52,223 nucleotides of DNA from Spirochaetales bacterium (GTDB lineage: Bacteria; Spirochaetota; Spirochaetia; JABEVK01). The notes beneath the pieces are model-generated. The model was not told where the DNA came from. It made no database searches and saw only the letters and a list, made by a program, of their open reading frames with translations. Positions within the stretch are counted from its first letter, which is position 1. Every line of letters begins with the position of its first letter. Shown piece by piece: positions 28,792 through 38,747 of the stretch. The position numbers and the translations under genes were made by a program. The DNA is taken from positions 1-52,223 of the forward strand of contig JBAXAI010000026.1 of NCBI GenBank assembly GCA_037142615.1, given 5' to 3'.

Positions 28792-30915
28792 TTATCCTTT
28801 GGTGACGGTGACAAAGAGTTCGGCCAGGTCCTGATTGCGGCTCGACGTGCCGACCAGCAGGCGGAACCGGCCCGGCTCGACCACCTTGTGGCCCAAAGCG
28901 TCGATAAGCCAGAGATCGCTGGCCGCCAGGGCCAACCTGACGGCGACTTTGGCCCCCGCCTTGATCGTAACTCGTTGCCACGCTTTGAGTTCGCGCCGAG
29001 CCCAGGTGGCGCTCGTCACTTCGTCTTCCACGTACAACTGGAGCACCTCGATGGTGTCGCGGGCACTGGTGTTGGTCAGCTCGACCTCGACGGTTACCGA
29101 GCCCGACGGCGTAACGGTGGCGGCCGACAAGCGCGCTGCCCCCCGGGTGACCGTGGAATACGAAAGGCCGTACCCGAACGAAAAGGCCGGTTCTTGCGTC
29201 AGGTCGGCGTACCGGTGGCCGTGCTGGCCGCGCACCGCGTTGTAGAACACGGGCTGCTGGCCCACGTGCTCGGGGAAGCTGATCGTCAGGCGGCCGCTCG
29301 GGTTGAGTTGGCCCCACAACGCCTCGGCAAAGGCTGTTCCGCCTTCCATGCCGGGGTTGAAGGCACAAAACAGCGCAGGGGCCTTGCGAAGCGAGGCGGG
29401 AAGGACCAGGGGCTTGCTCGACAGAAGTACGCCGATCAGCGGCTTCTTCAGTTTGGCGAGTTTGTTCAGCAGTTCGACCTGACCATTCTGCAACTCGAGC
29501 GTGGCCGTGCTCTTGAACTCGCCGATGTGCGCGAGGTCATCACCCACCACGGCAATGATGAGGTCGGCCTTCTGCGGGCTCACCAGAGTCCAGCCGGGGG
29601 GCAGGGCTTTCTTGAGCCCATCCTTCAGGGTCACGATGGATTTGCGCGGGTGCTTGGGCCCGCTGTCACCGACCATCTGGCCGCTGCCCAGGCTCCAGTC
29701 GCCGAGCTGGTTGAGTGGATCGTCGGCGTTCGGGCCCACCAGCGCCAGCTTGCGCGGTACTTTGGGATCGAGTGGCAACAGGGGCGCGCCGTTCACCTCG
29801 TCGTTCTTGAGCAAGACCAGGCTTTCGCGGGCGGCACGGAGGACGACCTCGCGGTGGGCCCGGCTGCCGATCAGTTCGCGGATCTTCTTGCGGTTGCTTG
29901 GGCCAGGGTTTTCGAACAGGCCCATCCGGAACTTGAGGGTCAGGACGCGACGCACCACCGCGTCGATCTCGGCTTCGGTCAGCAGGCCGCGCCTCACGGC
30001 TTCCTGACAGCCTTCGAAGAACTCGGGTGCGGCCATCATCAGGTCGTTGCCGGCGTGAATAGCGACCGCAGAGGCCTCGGCAAAATCGGCGCAGATTTTC
30101 TGGTCGTGGACCAGGTGGCCCAAGTTGTACCAGTCGGTCACAACGATTCCTTCAAACCCCCATTCGTCCTTGAGCACCTCGGTGAGCAACCAGCGGCTGG
30201 CCGTGCTCGGCACTCCGTCGATCGACTGGTAGCCGGTCATGAAGGCCATCGCCCCCCCCCGGGCCGCACGTTCAAACGGCGGCAAAAAGTACGACCGCAA
30301 CTTGCGTTGGCTGATCTCGGCTTCGCTGGCGTCGCGGCCACCCACGGTCTCGGAGTAGCCCGCGTAGTGTTTGGCGGTGGCGAGGATGCCGTCGGGGTCG
30401 TCGAGCCCTTTGCCCTGGTAGCCCTTGATCATGGCCAAGGCGAAGTCGCCGATCAGCTTGGGGTCTTCGCCAAAGGTCTCATTGATTCGCCCCCAGCGAA
30501 GGTCGCGCGCCAGGCAAAGCACCGGGCTGAAGGTCCACTTGAGGCCCGTGGCGCGCATTTCGAGCGCCGTGACACGCGCAACCTGCTCAAGCAGGTCGGT
30601 GTCCCAACTGCAGGCCAGCGCCAGTTGGGTGGGGAAGATCGACGCTCCGGCCCAAAAGGAGTGGCCGTGGATGCCGTCGTCGGCCAGCAGCACCGGGATT
30701 CCCAGGCGGGTCTCGCGGCTGGCCCGGAGCGCGGCGTCGGCATCGGCGCCGTTGATGTGCAACAGCGAGCCCACCTGCATCGTCCGGATCAACTCCAAGG
30801 CCACCTTCTGCCCGTCGAGCTGCAGGAGCTGGCCCACCTTTTCGGCAAGGGTCATCCTTCGCAACAGGTCGTCTACCCGGGTTTTGACCGGCAGAGCAGG
30901 GTTGCGGTAGGGCAT
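28792..30915 (-). CDS. Glycoside hydrolase family 3 beta-glucosidase
   Basis: MTLAEKVGQL, RWGR..ETFGED, KHY, VVTDW and FGYGLSY motifs; ATG at 30915 overlaps the LacI stop (TGATG). Confidence 0.92.
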   Translation of the reverse strand: MPYRNPALPVKTRVDDLLRRMTLAEKVGQLLQLDGQKVALELIRTMQVGSLLHINGADADAALRASRETRLGIPVLLADDGIHGHSFWAGASIFPTQLALACSWDTDLLEQVARVTALEMRATGLKWTFSPVLCLARDLRWGRINETFGEDPKLIGDFALAMIKGYQGKGLDDPDGILATAKHYAGYSETVGGRDASEAEISQRKLRSYFLPPFERAARGGAMAFMTGYQSIDGVPSTASRWLLTEVLKDEWGFEGIVVTDWYNLGHLVHDQKICADFAEASAVAIHAGNDLMMAAPEFFEGCQEAVRRGLLTEAEIDAVVRRVLTLKFRMGLFENPGPSNRKKIRELIGSRAHREVVLRAARESLVLLKNDEVNGAPLLPLDPKVPRKLALVGPNADDPLNQLGDWSLGSGQMVGDSGPKHPRKSIVTLKDGLKKALPPGWTLVSPQKADLIIAVVGDDLAHIGEFKSTATLELQNGQVELLNKLAKLKKPLIGVLLSSKPLVLPASLRKAPALFCAFNPGMEGGTAFAEALWGQLNPSGRLTISFPEHVGQQPVFYNAVRGQHGHRYADLTQEPAFSFGYGLSYSTVTRGAARLSAATVTPSGSVTVEVELTNTSARDTIEVLQLYVEDEVTSATWARRELKAWQRVTIKAGAKVAVRLALAASDLWLIDALGHKVVEPGRFRLLVGTSSRNQDLAELFVTVTKG

Positions 30916-31940
30916 CAGGAACCTCCGGGAATGGAAAGCGACGTGCCGTCGACGAATTCGAGGTCGAACACCTGCTCGATTTTCTCGGACCGCGCACCCG
31001 TCAGTTGGTCGACCAAATGTTGCACCGCCGCTTGACCCATTTCGAGCAAGGGCTGCCCAAAACTCGCCAAGGTAGGCTTTTGGATGCGGCCGGCCGGCTC
31101 GGCGTCGAACCCGATCAAGCTGTAGTCGCACGGGCAAAACACACCGGCCCGGGCCAGTTCGGCTTGAAACTCAAACGCCAAGGAGTCGTTTTCGGCGATG
31201 ACTGCGGTGGCACGTGGCGACTGCGCCAGGTAGGTGCGTGGCGTCTCGGTCCCCGCCGCGTCGATGCTGCTGGCGGCCACAAAGTCGAGCTTGAGCCCCA
31301 ACCTGGTCGCAGCCTCGCGTACGCCCAGTTCGCGGTCGCGGAAATTGGGGCTGTAGTCGCGGGTGGTGTCGATGCCCAAGTAGGCCAAGTGCCGGTGACC
31401 GAGGGCCGCCAACTTCTCGACGGCTTGTTGCCCCCCGGTCACGTTGTTGGAGTCGACCCAAGACACCGCTGGGCTGGCCATGCGGTCGCTGATGCTCACG
31501 CAGGGAATGCCCTCGGCCTCGATTTCTTCCATTTGCGCCGAGGGGAACCGCTTGAGGCCCACAAAAATGAGACCATCGACCTTGCGCTGATGCCACACCC
31601 GCAAAAAGTCGAACTCGCCTTCCTGGTCGTGGTCGGTGGTCATCAGAATGTCCCAGCCCAGCTCGCGGCCTTTCATTTCGACGCCCGAAAGGAGCCGCGT
31701 GACGTAGAAGTTGTCGAACAGCGGCCGATCGAACATGCGGGGCGTCACGAGGGCCAGCGTTCGCGTCAGGCCGTTGTTGAGGGCCTGGGCTTGGCGGTTG
31801 GGGTGGTAGTGCAACTCGCGGATGGCGTCTTCGACCCTCTGCTTGGTCTCTGCGCGCACGTTGCCGAGTTGGTTGATCACACGCGACACGGTGATAAAGC
31901 TCACCCCAGCGCGTTCTGCGACTTCCTTTTGCGTTGCCAC
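30915..31940 (-). CDS. LacI family transcriptional regulator
   Basis: HTH TQKEVAERAGVSFITVSRVIN; hinge YHPNRQAQAL. Confidence 0.95.
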   Translation of the reverse strand: MATQKEVAERAGVSFITVSRVINQLGNVRAETKQRVEDAIRELHYHPNRQAQALNNGLTRTLALVTPRMFDRPLFDNFYVTRLLSGVEMKGRELGWDILMTTDHDQEGEFDFLRVWHQRKVDGLIFVGLKRFPSAQMEEIEAEGIPCVSISDRMASPAVSWVDSNNVTGGQQAVEKLAALGHRHLAYLGIDTTRDYSPNFRDRELGVREAATRLGLKLDFVAASSIDAAGTETPRTYLAQSPRATAVIAENDSLAFEFQAELARAGVFCPCDYSLIGFDAEPAGRIQKPTLASFGQPLLEMGQAAVQHLVDQLTGARSEKIEQVFDLEFVDGTSLSIPGGS

Positions 31941-31955
31941 CCGTTCCGCCTTGTC

Positions 31956-33554
31956 CTATTTCTTGTCGTAGCCGAGCTTGATGCGGTTTTCCTTGATCTT
32001 CGCTGTTTGGATCGCGGCGATCTTGTCCCAACCGTTGGCGGCCTTGTAGTCATTGTACTCCTTCCAATAGCCGTCAAAATCGGCGTCGCTCGAAGCCATC
32101 ACCGCGTTGAGTAACACTTCGGCACGCTTCTGGCGGATGTTGGTCAGGTTGCGCGACTCGGTCGTGCGGTCGTCAGGTTCGGAATTGCTCATCTGGCTGT
32201 TGCCCTGCGCGTGCAGCCGCATCCACTCGGTGATGGGTTTCACAATGCTGTTGATGTTGCTCTGGTAGTAGCCGTTCTTCACCTGCCAGGCCTCGTCGGT
32301 GAGCATGTACGTTTGGCCAAAGCCGATTTCCTTGTCGAACTTGGCTTGGTCGGTTTCCATGATCTTGCGGATGGCGGGTTTGAGGGTCGGAACGCCCTTC
32401 ACCACGTCGTAGGTTTGGCCCTCGACGCCGAACTTCGACACCATTTGGCCCTGCTCGCTGAGCATGTACGTGATCAGGTGGATGGCCGTTTCGGGATCCT
32501 TGCAGTCCTTGCTGATAAAGGTGAGAGTCCAGCCCTGGATGCCGGCGTTGCGGGTGATGTTGGCCTCGCCCTTGGAGTTCTTGGGGCCGTCGATGGCGAG
32601 GTAGGTCTTGGTTGGGTCGGCTTGGGCGGCCTTGATCAGTTGGTCCTTGACGCCCGTCATCACGCCGTCGGCGAGAATCGCGAAGTACTTGCCGCGCTGG
32701 ATGTTCTCTTCGAAGTTCTGGTTCATGTCGGCAAAAATGTCGTCGCTGATCAGCTCTTCCTTGTAGGCGGTGTTGAACACACGCATCCAGCGCAGGTACT
32801 CGGGGTCGGTGTAGCGGTCGTAATAGGCGCCGTTCTTGAACTCCGAGATGGCGAGGAAGTCCTGCAGAATGGCTCCGAGCGTACTTTCGCCCCCACCAAA
32901 AGCGTTGAAGCCGATGGGGTTGATGTCGGGATACTTGGCCTTGGCCGCGCGCAGGCCCTTCAAAAAGCCGTCGGGCGTGGTCATGTCGGGCTTGCCCAGC
33001 GCGGCGTACATGTCACCGCGGACCAGAAACGCCTGGCTGCCGTACACGTAACCGGCCTTGTAGTCCTTGTCGGTGTTGCTGAAGTTGGGGTAGCCGTAGA
33101 GGTGGCTGTCGGGCTGGGTATACCAGCTCACCACATCGGGCTTGAGCGTTTTGAAGAAGTAGGGGTCGTACTTCTTGGCGATGGTGTCGAGCGGAATGGC
33201 CCACTTCTTGGCGTCTTTGGCGATCTGCGTCCAACTGCCGATGGTCATGATGTCGGGCAACTTGCCGCTGGCGAACAAGGTGTTGAGCTTGTCGTCGTCG
33301 CCGTAGCTATAGGTGACCTCGATTTTGGTGTCGGCGAACGTCTTTTGGGTGACCACGTCTTGCTTGTACTTGCGGTCGTACCAGCCCCAGTTCAGGTACC
33401 AGCTGACGCTCCCTGGCTTCTTGTCGGTTTCCCAGCCCGCCTTGGCGTCGGTGTTTTTTGTGCGCGCCGCAGGGAGTGACGCGTCTTGCGCCATCGCGGG
33501 TGCGACGAGTGCTGCCCCGAGTACCAGGGCGCTCACCATTCGAAACAGTTTCAT
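31956..33554 (-). CDS. Carbohydrate ABC transporter substrate-binding protein (LplA-like)
   Basis: Signal peptide; KLNTLFASGKLPDI; position next to two permeases. Confidence 0.88.
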   Translation of the reverse strand: MKLFRMVSALVLGAALVAPAMAQDASLPAARTKNTDAKAGWETDKKPGSVSWYLNWGWYDRKYKQDVVTQKTFADTKIEVTYSYGDDDKLNTLFASGKLPDIMTIGSWTQIAKDAKKWAIPLDTIAKKYDPYFFKTLKPDVVSWYTQPDSHLYGYPNFSNTDKDYKAGYVYGSQAFLVRGDMYAALGKPDMTTPDGFLKGLRAAKAKYPDINPIGFNAFGGGESTLGAILQDFLAISEFKNGAYYDRYTDPEYLRWMRVFNTAYKEELISDDIFADMNQNFEENIQRGKYFAILADGVMTGVKDQLIKAAQADPTKTYLAIDGPKNSKGEANITRNAGIQGWTLTFISKDCKDPETAIHLITYMLSEQGQMVSKFGVEGQTYDVVKGVPTLKPAIRKIMETDQAKFDKEIGFGQTYMLTDEAWQVKNGYYQSNINSIVKPITEWMRLHAQGNSQMSNSEPDDRTTESRNLTNIRQKRAEVLLNAVMASSDADFDGYWKEYNDYKAANGWDKIAAIQTAKIKENRIKLGYDKK

Positions 33555-33576
33555 ACAAACCTCCTGAGAATCTCGG

Positions 33577-34449
33577 TCAGCCTTTGACGCTGCCGACCAT
33601 CATGCCTTTAACGAAATATTTTTGAAGGAACGGATACACCATCACGATAGGCGCGGTCGTGATCACCATGGTCGCCAACTGAAGCGAGCGCGCCGTGGTT
33701 GGCATCACAATCACCGAGGCCGCGTGGTTGAGCTTCGACGCCTCTTCCTGCACGATGATCTTGTACAGGAACATCTGCACCGGGTGCAGGTCGGGATTGT
33801 TGATGTAGATTTTGGCCGTCATGTAGTCGTTCCACTGGCCCACGCCGTTGAACAGCGCGATGGTGGCCAGCACCGGCATCGAAAGGGGCAAAATGATGCG
33901 CCAAAAGATGTAGTAGGTGCTCGCGCCGTCGATGGCCGCACTTTCTTCGAGCGAATCGGGAATCTCGCGGAAGAAGTTCATCAGAATGATCATGTCGTAA
34001 AAGCTGAACACCGCCGGGATGATGTAGATGAGGTAGTTGTCGAGCAGGCCCAGGCTCTTCATCAGCAGGAAGCTAGGGATGAGCCCACCGCCGAAGAACA
34101 TCGTGACGATTCCCAGCCGGATGAACCACTGGCGCCCCATCAAGTGCTTTTTACTCATGGCATAGGCCACCATCGAGCAGAACAGCACGTGAGTCGTCAC
34201 ACCCAAGAAGGTCTTGCTGATGCTGATCCAGAACGAGTTGAAAATTTGCGGGTACTGGAAGACGACCTTGTAGTTTTCCAGGCTGAACGCCCTGGGCCAC
34301 AGGGTGACGCCGCCCTTGGCCGCATCGTTGGCGTCGTTGAGACTCAGCACGACGATGTTCCAAACGGGCAACAGCACCAGCAGCGAGAAGAAGCCGACCA
34401 GAAGCCACAGAAACGCTTGGAACACCCGTTCGCCGTAGTTTTTTCGCAT
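33577..34449 (-). CDS. Carbohydrate ABC transporter permease (LplC-like)
   Basis: EESAAIDGA loop; YPFLQKYFVKGMMVGSVKG terminus. Confidence 0.93.
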   Translation of the reverse strand: MRKNYGERVFQAFLWLLVGFFSLLVLLPVWNIVVLSLNDANDAAKGGVTLWPRAFSLENYKVVFQYPQIFNSFWISISKTFLGVTTHVLFCSMVAYAMSKKHLMGRQWFIRLGIVTMFFGGGLIPSFLLMKSLGLLDNYLIYIIPAVFSFYDMIILMNFFREIPDSLEESAAIDGASTYYIFWRIILPLSMPVLATIALFNGVGQWNDYMTAKIYINNPDLHPVQMFLYKIIVQEEASKLNHAASVIVMPTTARSLQLATMVITTAPIVMVYPFLQKYFVKGMMVGSVKG

Positions 34450-34458
34450 TTCCAGCTC

Positions 34459-35376
34459 CTAAAAAATCGACCGGTCGTTGAGTTTGCGGGTCACGAAGTT
34501 CGTGAACAGGATGAGGCCCAGCGCGATCACCGAGGTGAACAGACCGACGGCCGTGGCGTAGCTGAAGTCACCCTGCTGAATGCCCAGTTTGAACACAAAG
34601 CTGTCGATCACCTCGCTCTTTTTGAGGTTGAGGGGTCGTTGCAGCACCAGCGCCTGGTCGAGGTTCGAGCCCAGCAGACCCCCCACCGCCAACACCAGCA
34701 TCAGCGCGATGATGCCACGGATCGAGGGCAGCGTGATGTGCCACACCTGCTGCAGGCGCTTGGCCCCATCGACCTTGGCGGCCTCGTACAACGTCGGGTC
34801 AATTCCTGACATGGCAGCAAGATACAAGATGGTTCCCCAGCCCATTTCCTTCCAGACTTCGGAAAGCACGGCGATGGCCCAGTAGTAGTCGGGCTTCACG
34901 AGGTAGGCGATCGGCTTCTGGATGACCCCCAGCGCCATCAGCAACTGATTGAGGATGCCGTCGGTGGCAAGCCAGCTGACCAGCATCCCGCCGAGGATGA
35001 CCCAGCTCAAAAAGTGCGGAAGGTAGCTGACGGTTTGCGTGAACTTCTTGAACCGGCGGGCGCGGAGTTCGTTGAGCAGTAACGCTAGGATGATGGGGGC
35101 CGGAAACCCAATGGCCAGCTTGCCGATGCTGATCGCGATGGTGTTGCCCACCGCGCGCCAGAACTGCTGGTCGTTCAAGAACGCCGCGAACTTGTCGAGG
35201 CCGACCCATTTCGAGTTGCTGATCTGGTCGACCACCGTGTAGTCTTGAAAGGCGATGACGATGCCGTACATCGGGATATACGAAAAAATGAGGATAAAGA
35301 GGATGCCCGGCCAGACGAAAGACTGAAGGGCGGCCTGCTTCTTCCATCGTTCCCAGAATGGGCGCTGTGGGACCAT
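34459..35376 (-). CDS. Carbohydrate ABC transporter permease (LplB-like)
   Basis: YLPHFLSWV and LYEAAKVDGA motifs; GAGG SD before ATG 35376. Confidence 0.93.
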   Translation of the reverse strand: MVPQRPFWERWKKQAALQSFVWPGILFILIFSYIPMYGIVIAFQDYTVVDQISNSKWVGLDKFAAFLNDQQFWRAVGNTIAISIGKLAIGFPAPIILALLLNELRARRFKKFTQTVSYLPHFLSWVILGGMLVSWLATDGILNQLLMALGVIQKPIAYLVKPDYYWAIAVLSEVWKEMGWGTILYLAAMSGIDPTLYEAAKVDGAKRLQQVWHITLPSIRGIIALMLVLAVGGLLGSNLDQALVLQRPLNLKKSEVIDSFVFKLGIQQGDFSYATAVGLFTSVIALGLILFTNFVTRKLNDRSIF

Positions 35377-35387
35377 GATACCTCGTT

Positions 35388-35405
35388 GATGTTTACGCAA
35401 ACATC
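35388..35405. promoter_or_regulatory. LacI-type operator
   Basis: Near-perfect palindrome GATGTTTACGCAAACATC with central CG, just upstream of the operon SD; minus-strand TTGACA at 35439-35444. Confidence 0.7.
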
Positions 35406-35462
35406 GTGAGTATCCTTAATACACCCGCTTCTGGGGCCTGTCAACGCAAATTCGACGTCTGG

Positions 35463-36365
35463 TTACAGCGTCGACAGCCGCGCGGCTTCCACTCCAGACG
35501 GAGTCTTGGGTGCCAGTTTGGCGGCGGCCGCCAGCAGGTCGCGGGCCTTGGCCTGGTCACCCTTGCCCCGCCACGCCAGCGCCTGCGCAATGGTGAGTTG
35601 CTGCGCCGCTTCGGTTTCCGGGGGACGGGTCAGAGCTTCGGAGGTAATCGCTAGCACCTGGTCGTAGTCCTGGGTTTCCAACGCCTGGGTCGCCAGCAAG
35701 AGGGCTGCCTCCACGTACATCGGTTCGCCGGGAACCCAACGCACCGAAGTCAGCGTTTTCACCGCAGCGGCCGACAGCCCCAGCCCCGCCAGCGCGCGTG
35801 TCTTCGCCAGAATCAGGCCCTTGGGACTGCCAGGGTCCTGTTTGAGTGCGGCATTGACGGCGGTAAGGGCAGCCTTGTAATCCGGTTGCGCCAGCAGCAC
35901 ATTGACGGCTTCGAGGGGACTGAGCGGCGGTAAGTCGCTCTCGTCATCGGTGGCCCAGGTGAGGTCCTGATTGCCACCCTTTTCGGCCGCCCGCGCTCCC
36001 AGATCGGCCACCTCGACCCGTGAGGGTGAGCCGGTGCCCAGCAGTTTTTCGACCTTGTTCTTGGCCAGCGCGCCGAGGTTGGTTTCGGGCTTCTTTTGAG
36101 CGGAGTTCAACACGGTCGAAAGCTGGTAGGTTCCGTCGCGACCCAAATGGAGCCTCAGGCCGCCACTCGTCAACTCGGCCAGCGCGCCACCGGACAAGCG
36201 GAGCACGGAGTCGGCCCCAAGCTTGGCGCCCTCGAGGGCGGGTTGCCACGAGTTGTTGGCACCGCGCAGCTCCACCTTGCCGTCCAGATAGTCGACGCTG
36301 ATGGTTTGTGCCCCCGCCAAGAGTGGAGAAAGTAGAGCAAAAAGGATTGCTACGTTTCGTTTCAT
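35463..36365 (-). CDS. Exported protein, FecR-like N-terminus plus TPR-like helices
   Basis: Signal peptide; YLDGKVEL...W.....G..L...L beta region; Ala-rich TPR-like C-terminal half. Confidence 0.6.
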   Translation of the reverse strand: MKRNVAILFALLSPLLAGAQTISVDYLDGKVELRGANNSWQPALEGAKLGADSVLRLSGGALAELTSGGLRLHLGRDGTYQLSTVLNSAQKKPETNLGALAKNKVEKLLGTGSPSRVEVADLGARAAEKGGNQDLTWATDDESDLPPLSPLEAVNVLLAQPDYKAALTAVNAALKQDPGSPKGLILAKTRALAGLGLSAAAVKTLTSVRWVPGEPMYVEAALLLATQALETQDYDQVLAITSEALTRPPETEAAQQLTIAQALAWRGKGDQAKARDLLAAAAKLAPKTPSGVEAARLSTL

Positions 36366-36409
36366 GGTGCCTATAGCATACTGCAAAGTCGTGTCTTAGA
36401 CTTTTGAGC

Positions 36410-37825
36410 ATGAAGCATTACGACCTGATTGTCATTGGCGGCGGTCCCGCCGGTGAAAAAGCCGCCGTCAAGGCAGGAACCCACGGCAAGAGCGTTGCTC
36501 TGGTCGAGCGCTATTCCGAGCCCGGGGGCTCAACGGTCCACAACGGCACCCTTCCGTCCAAGGCCCTCAAGGAAACCGCCCTTTTTCTTTCGGGAAAAGG
36601 AGATGCAGGCGTGTATGGTGTCGACCGCAAGCTCACCAAAGAGTTCACGGTGGACGACTTTTACTACCGCAAGAACGAAGTGACCAAGAGCGAAGTGAAC
36701 ACCATCAACGACAACCTCCGCAACCACGGCGTTGACTTTTACCAGGGGCGTGGCGGCTTTGTCGATGAGCACACCGTGCAGGTGTACGGCAAGGATATCG
36801 AAGACCCCATCCACATCAGTGCCGACTACCTTCTCATCGCGACGGGAAGTTACCCCTTTCACCCGGCCCATATTCCCTTCGATGGCAAACGCGTTCACGA
36901 CTCGAACACCATTCTCAAGCTGACCCGGTTTCCCCGATCGCTGGTGGTCATCGGTGCGGGCGTTATCGGGTGCGAGTACACCACCATTTTCCAGACCATC
37001 GGGACGCACGTCACGTTGCTCGAAGGGCGCGACAACATTCTGCCCTTCCTCGACGGTGAGCTCACCAAGGACCTCATCCGGCAGATGAGGGCTTCGGGCG
37101 TCGACATCCAGTTCAACACCACCGTGGAGGGTGTCGAGGTGCCCGAAAGCGCCGACCAGAACCTCAAGGTGAAGCTTGCCGGCGGCAAGGTGATCGAGAC
37201 TGACATGCTGTTGTACGCGGCCGGGCGCAGTGGGCGAACCGACGCCCTCTTCCTGAGTGCCATCGGGCTTGAGAAGAACGCACGTGGGCTTATCGAAGTG
37301 AACTCCACCTACCAGACGCGCATTCCCCATATCTACGCGGTGGGCGACGTGATCGGCTTCCCTTCGCTGGCGAGCACTTCGATGGACCAAGGCCGGGTGG
37401 CGGTGACGCAAATGTTCCAGCTTGAGGGCTACGACAAGATTGCCCGGGTGTTCCCGTACGGCATTTACACCATTCCCGAGGTGTCGATGGTCGGGATGAC
37501 CGAGGAAGAGGCCACGAAGAAGGGGATCGACTATGGGACAGGCAAGGCGCTGATCGCCAATATGCCCCGGGGGAAGATCATGGGCTGCACCGAAGGCTTC
37601 ATGAAGGTGCTCTACGAAAAAGCCACCCAGAAGGTGCTCGGCGTGCACGTGATCGGCAACCTGGCCAGCGAGCTCATTCACTACGGGGTGGCCGCCATCA
37701 ACTTCGGCGACACGCTCAGCGATCTCAGTTCGGCGGTATACAACTGCCCCAGCCTGCACGAGCTGTACAAATATGCCGCCTACGACGCCCTCGAAAACGC
37801 TAAGGGAGTTCTGGTAAAAGAATAA
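36410..37825 (+). CDS. sthA: Soluble pyridine nucleotide transhydrogenase-like flavoprotein
   Basis: GGGPAG, GTLPSKAL with no CxxxxC disulfide, GAGVIG.E, GDVIGFPSLASTSMDQGR and GIYTIPE motifs. Confidence 0.85.
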   Translation: MKHYDLIVIGGGPAGEKAAVKAGTHGKSVALVERYSEPGGSTVHNGTLPSKALKETALFLSGKGDAGVYGVDRKLTKEFTVDDFYYRKNEVTKSEVNTINDNLRNHGVDFYQGRGGFVDEHTVQVYGKDIEDPIHISADYLLIATGSYPFHPAHIPFDGKRVHDSNTILKLTRFPRSLVVIGAGVIGCEYTTIFQTIGTHVTLLEGRDNILPFLDGELTKDLIRQMRASGVDIQFNTTVEGVEVPESADQNLKVKLAGGKVIETDMLLYAAGRSGRTDALFLSAIGLEKNARGLIEVNSTYQTRIPHIYAVGDVIGFPSLASTSMDQGRVAVTQMFQLEGYDKIARVFPYGIYTIPEVSMVGMTEEEATKKGIDYGTGKALIANMPRGKIMGCTEGFMKVLYEKATQKVLGVHVIGNLASELIHYGVAAINFGDTLSDLSSAVYNCPSLHELYKYAAYDALENAKGVLVKE

Positions 37826-38702
37826 CGATGCGCTGGCCCGTTGCACTGTCGGGGGCCAGCGGCAACGCCTCGCGGAAGCTGGCCTTGGCGGCCTGCGGAT
37901 CACGCAGGGCGTTCCATTGCACCATCCCGCGCGTGAACAGAATCTTCTGCCGCAGGTCGGGCTGATCCTTCACCTGATTGGCCAGCGAGGTGAGTTCGGC
38001 CACCACAGCCGGGTCGTCGTTGCGGGTCGACCAGATGGCTACGAGGCGGGTGTAGCGGTTGTACACCTGGTAGCGGTTGGCCAGTCCCAGCTTGTTTCCC
38101 TTGTCGAGCGAAACAATCTGCGTCGGGAGCGAGGCGAACTCATACGCCAACCCCGCCTTGTCGGCCTTGTCGAACAGCGCGTGCAGGGCCATCGCCTTTT
38201 CGGCTGGTGACGCCGCGGCTGCGGACTTTTGCAGGGTTTCGAGGGCGGACTTTTGCTTCACCAGAGCATCGACCATGGCAAAGAAGCCGTCGGGACCGCC
38301 GTCGACCGCACCCTCGTGGCGTCCCCACACAAAGCCCGTTTTGTCGACCAACAGCGTGGTCGGCAAGTTCAGCAGTTGCAATTGTCCGCGCAACGCTTCG
38401 TTTTGGGCGCGGATGGCCTCGGTCTGTGCCGGGGCGCGCGAATAGTCCAGGCGCAACAGCACGTAGCCGCTGGCCGCGCCAAAAAAATCGGGCTGCGAAA
38501 ACACCTCGAGATCCTGTCGGCGGGCGGGGGGAGCCCAGTCGAGCGCGGTGGCATCCACGAGCACCAGCTTGCCCGTCGTGGCGCTGGCCCGCAGTGCGGT
38601 GGTCCAGTTGGTCAGCCAGCCCGTCCCCCCGGCAGTGGGCATCTGGGCGCTGAGAAAACCAGAGGCTACCGTCAGAAGGGCCACAAGGATCACGCGTTGC
38701 AT
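37800..38702 (-). CDS. Exported thioredoxin-fold protein lacking active-site cysteines, with TPR-like C-terminus
   Basis: W.T....AL......GKLVLVD.T..DWAPPA, YVLLRLDY and LPTTLLVD..G motifs. Confidence 0.65.
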   Translation of the reverse strand: MQRVILVALLTVASGFLSAQMPTAGGTGWLTNWTTALRASATTGKLVLVDATALDWAPPARRQDLEVFSQPDFFGAASGYVLLRLDYSRAPAQTEAIRAQNEALRGQLQLLNLPTTLLVDKTGFVWGRHEGAVDGGPDGFFAMVDALVKQKSALETLQKSAAAASPAEKAMALHALFDKADKAGLAYEFASLPTQIVSLDKGNKLGLANRYQVYNRYTRLVAIWSTRNDDPAVVAELTSLANQVKDQPDLRQKILFTRGMVQWNALRDPQAAKASFREALPLAPDSATGQRIVILLPELP

Positions 38703-38747
38703 GGGGTCATTCCAGACTTTTTGGCGCCCGGCGTCAAGCCCATACTC

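Noticed and set aside
27316-31035. 1239-aa plus-strand ORF
   Set aside because: Antisense shadow of GH30/GH3 caused by high-GC codon bias; no recognisable motifs
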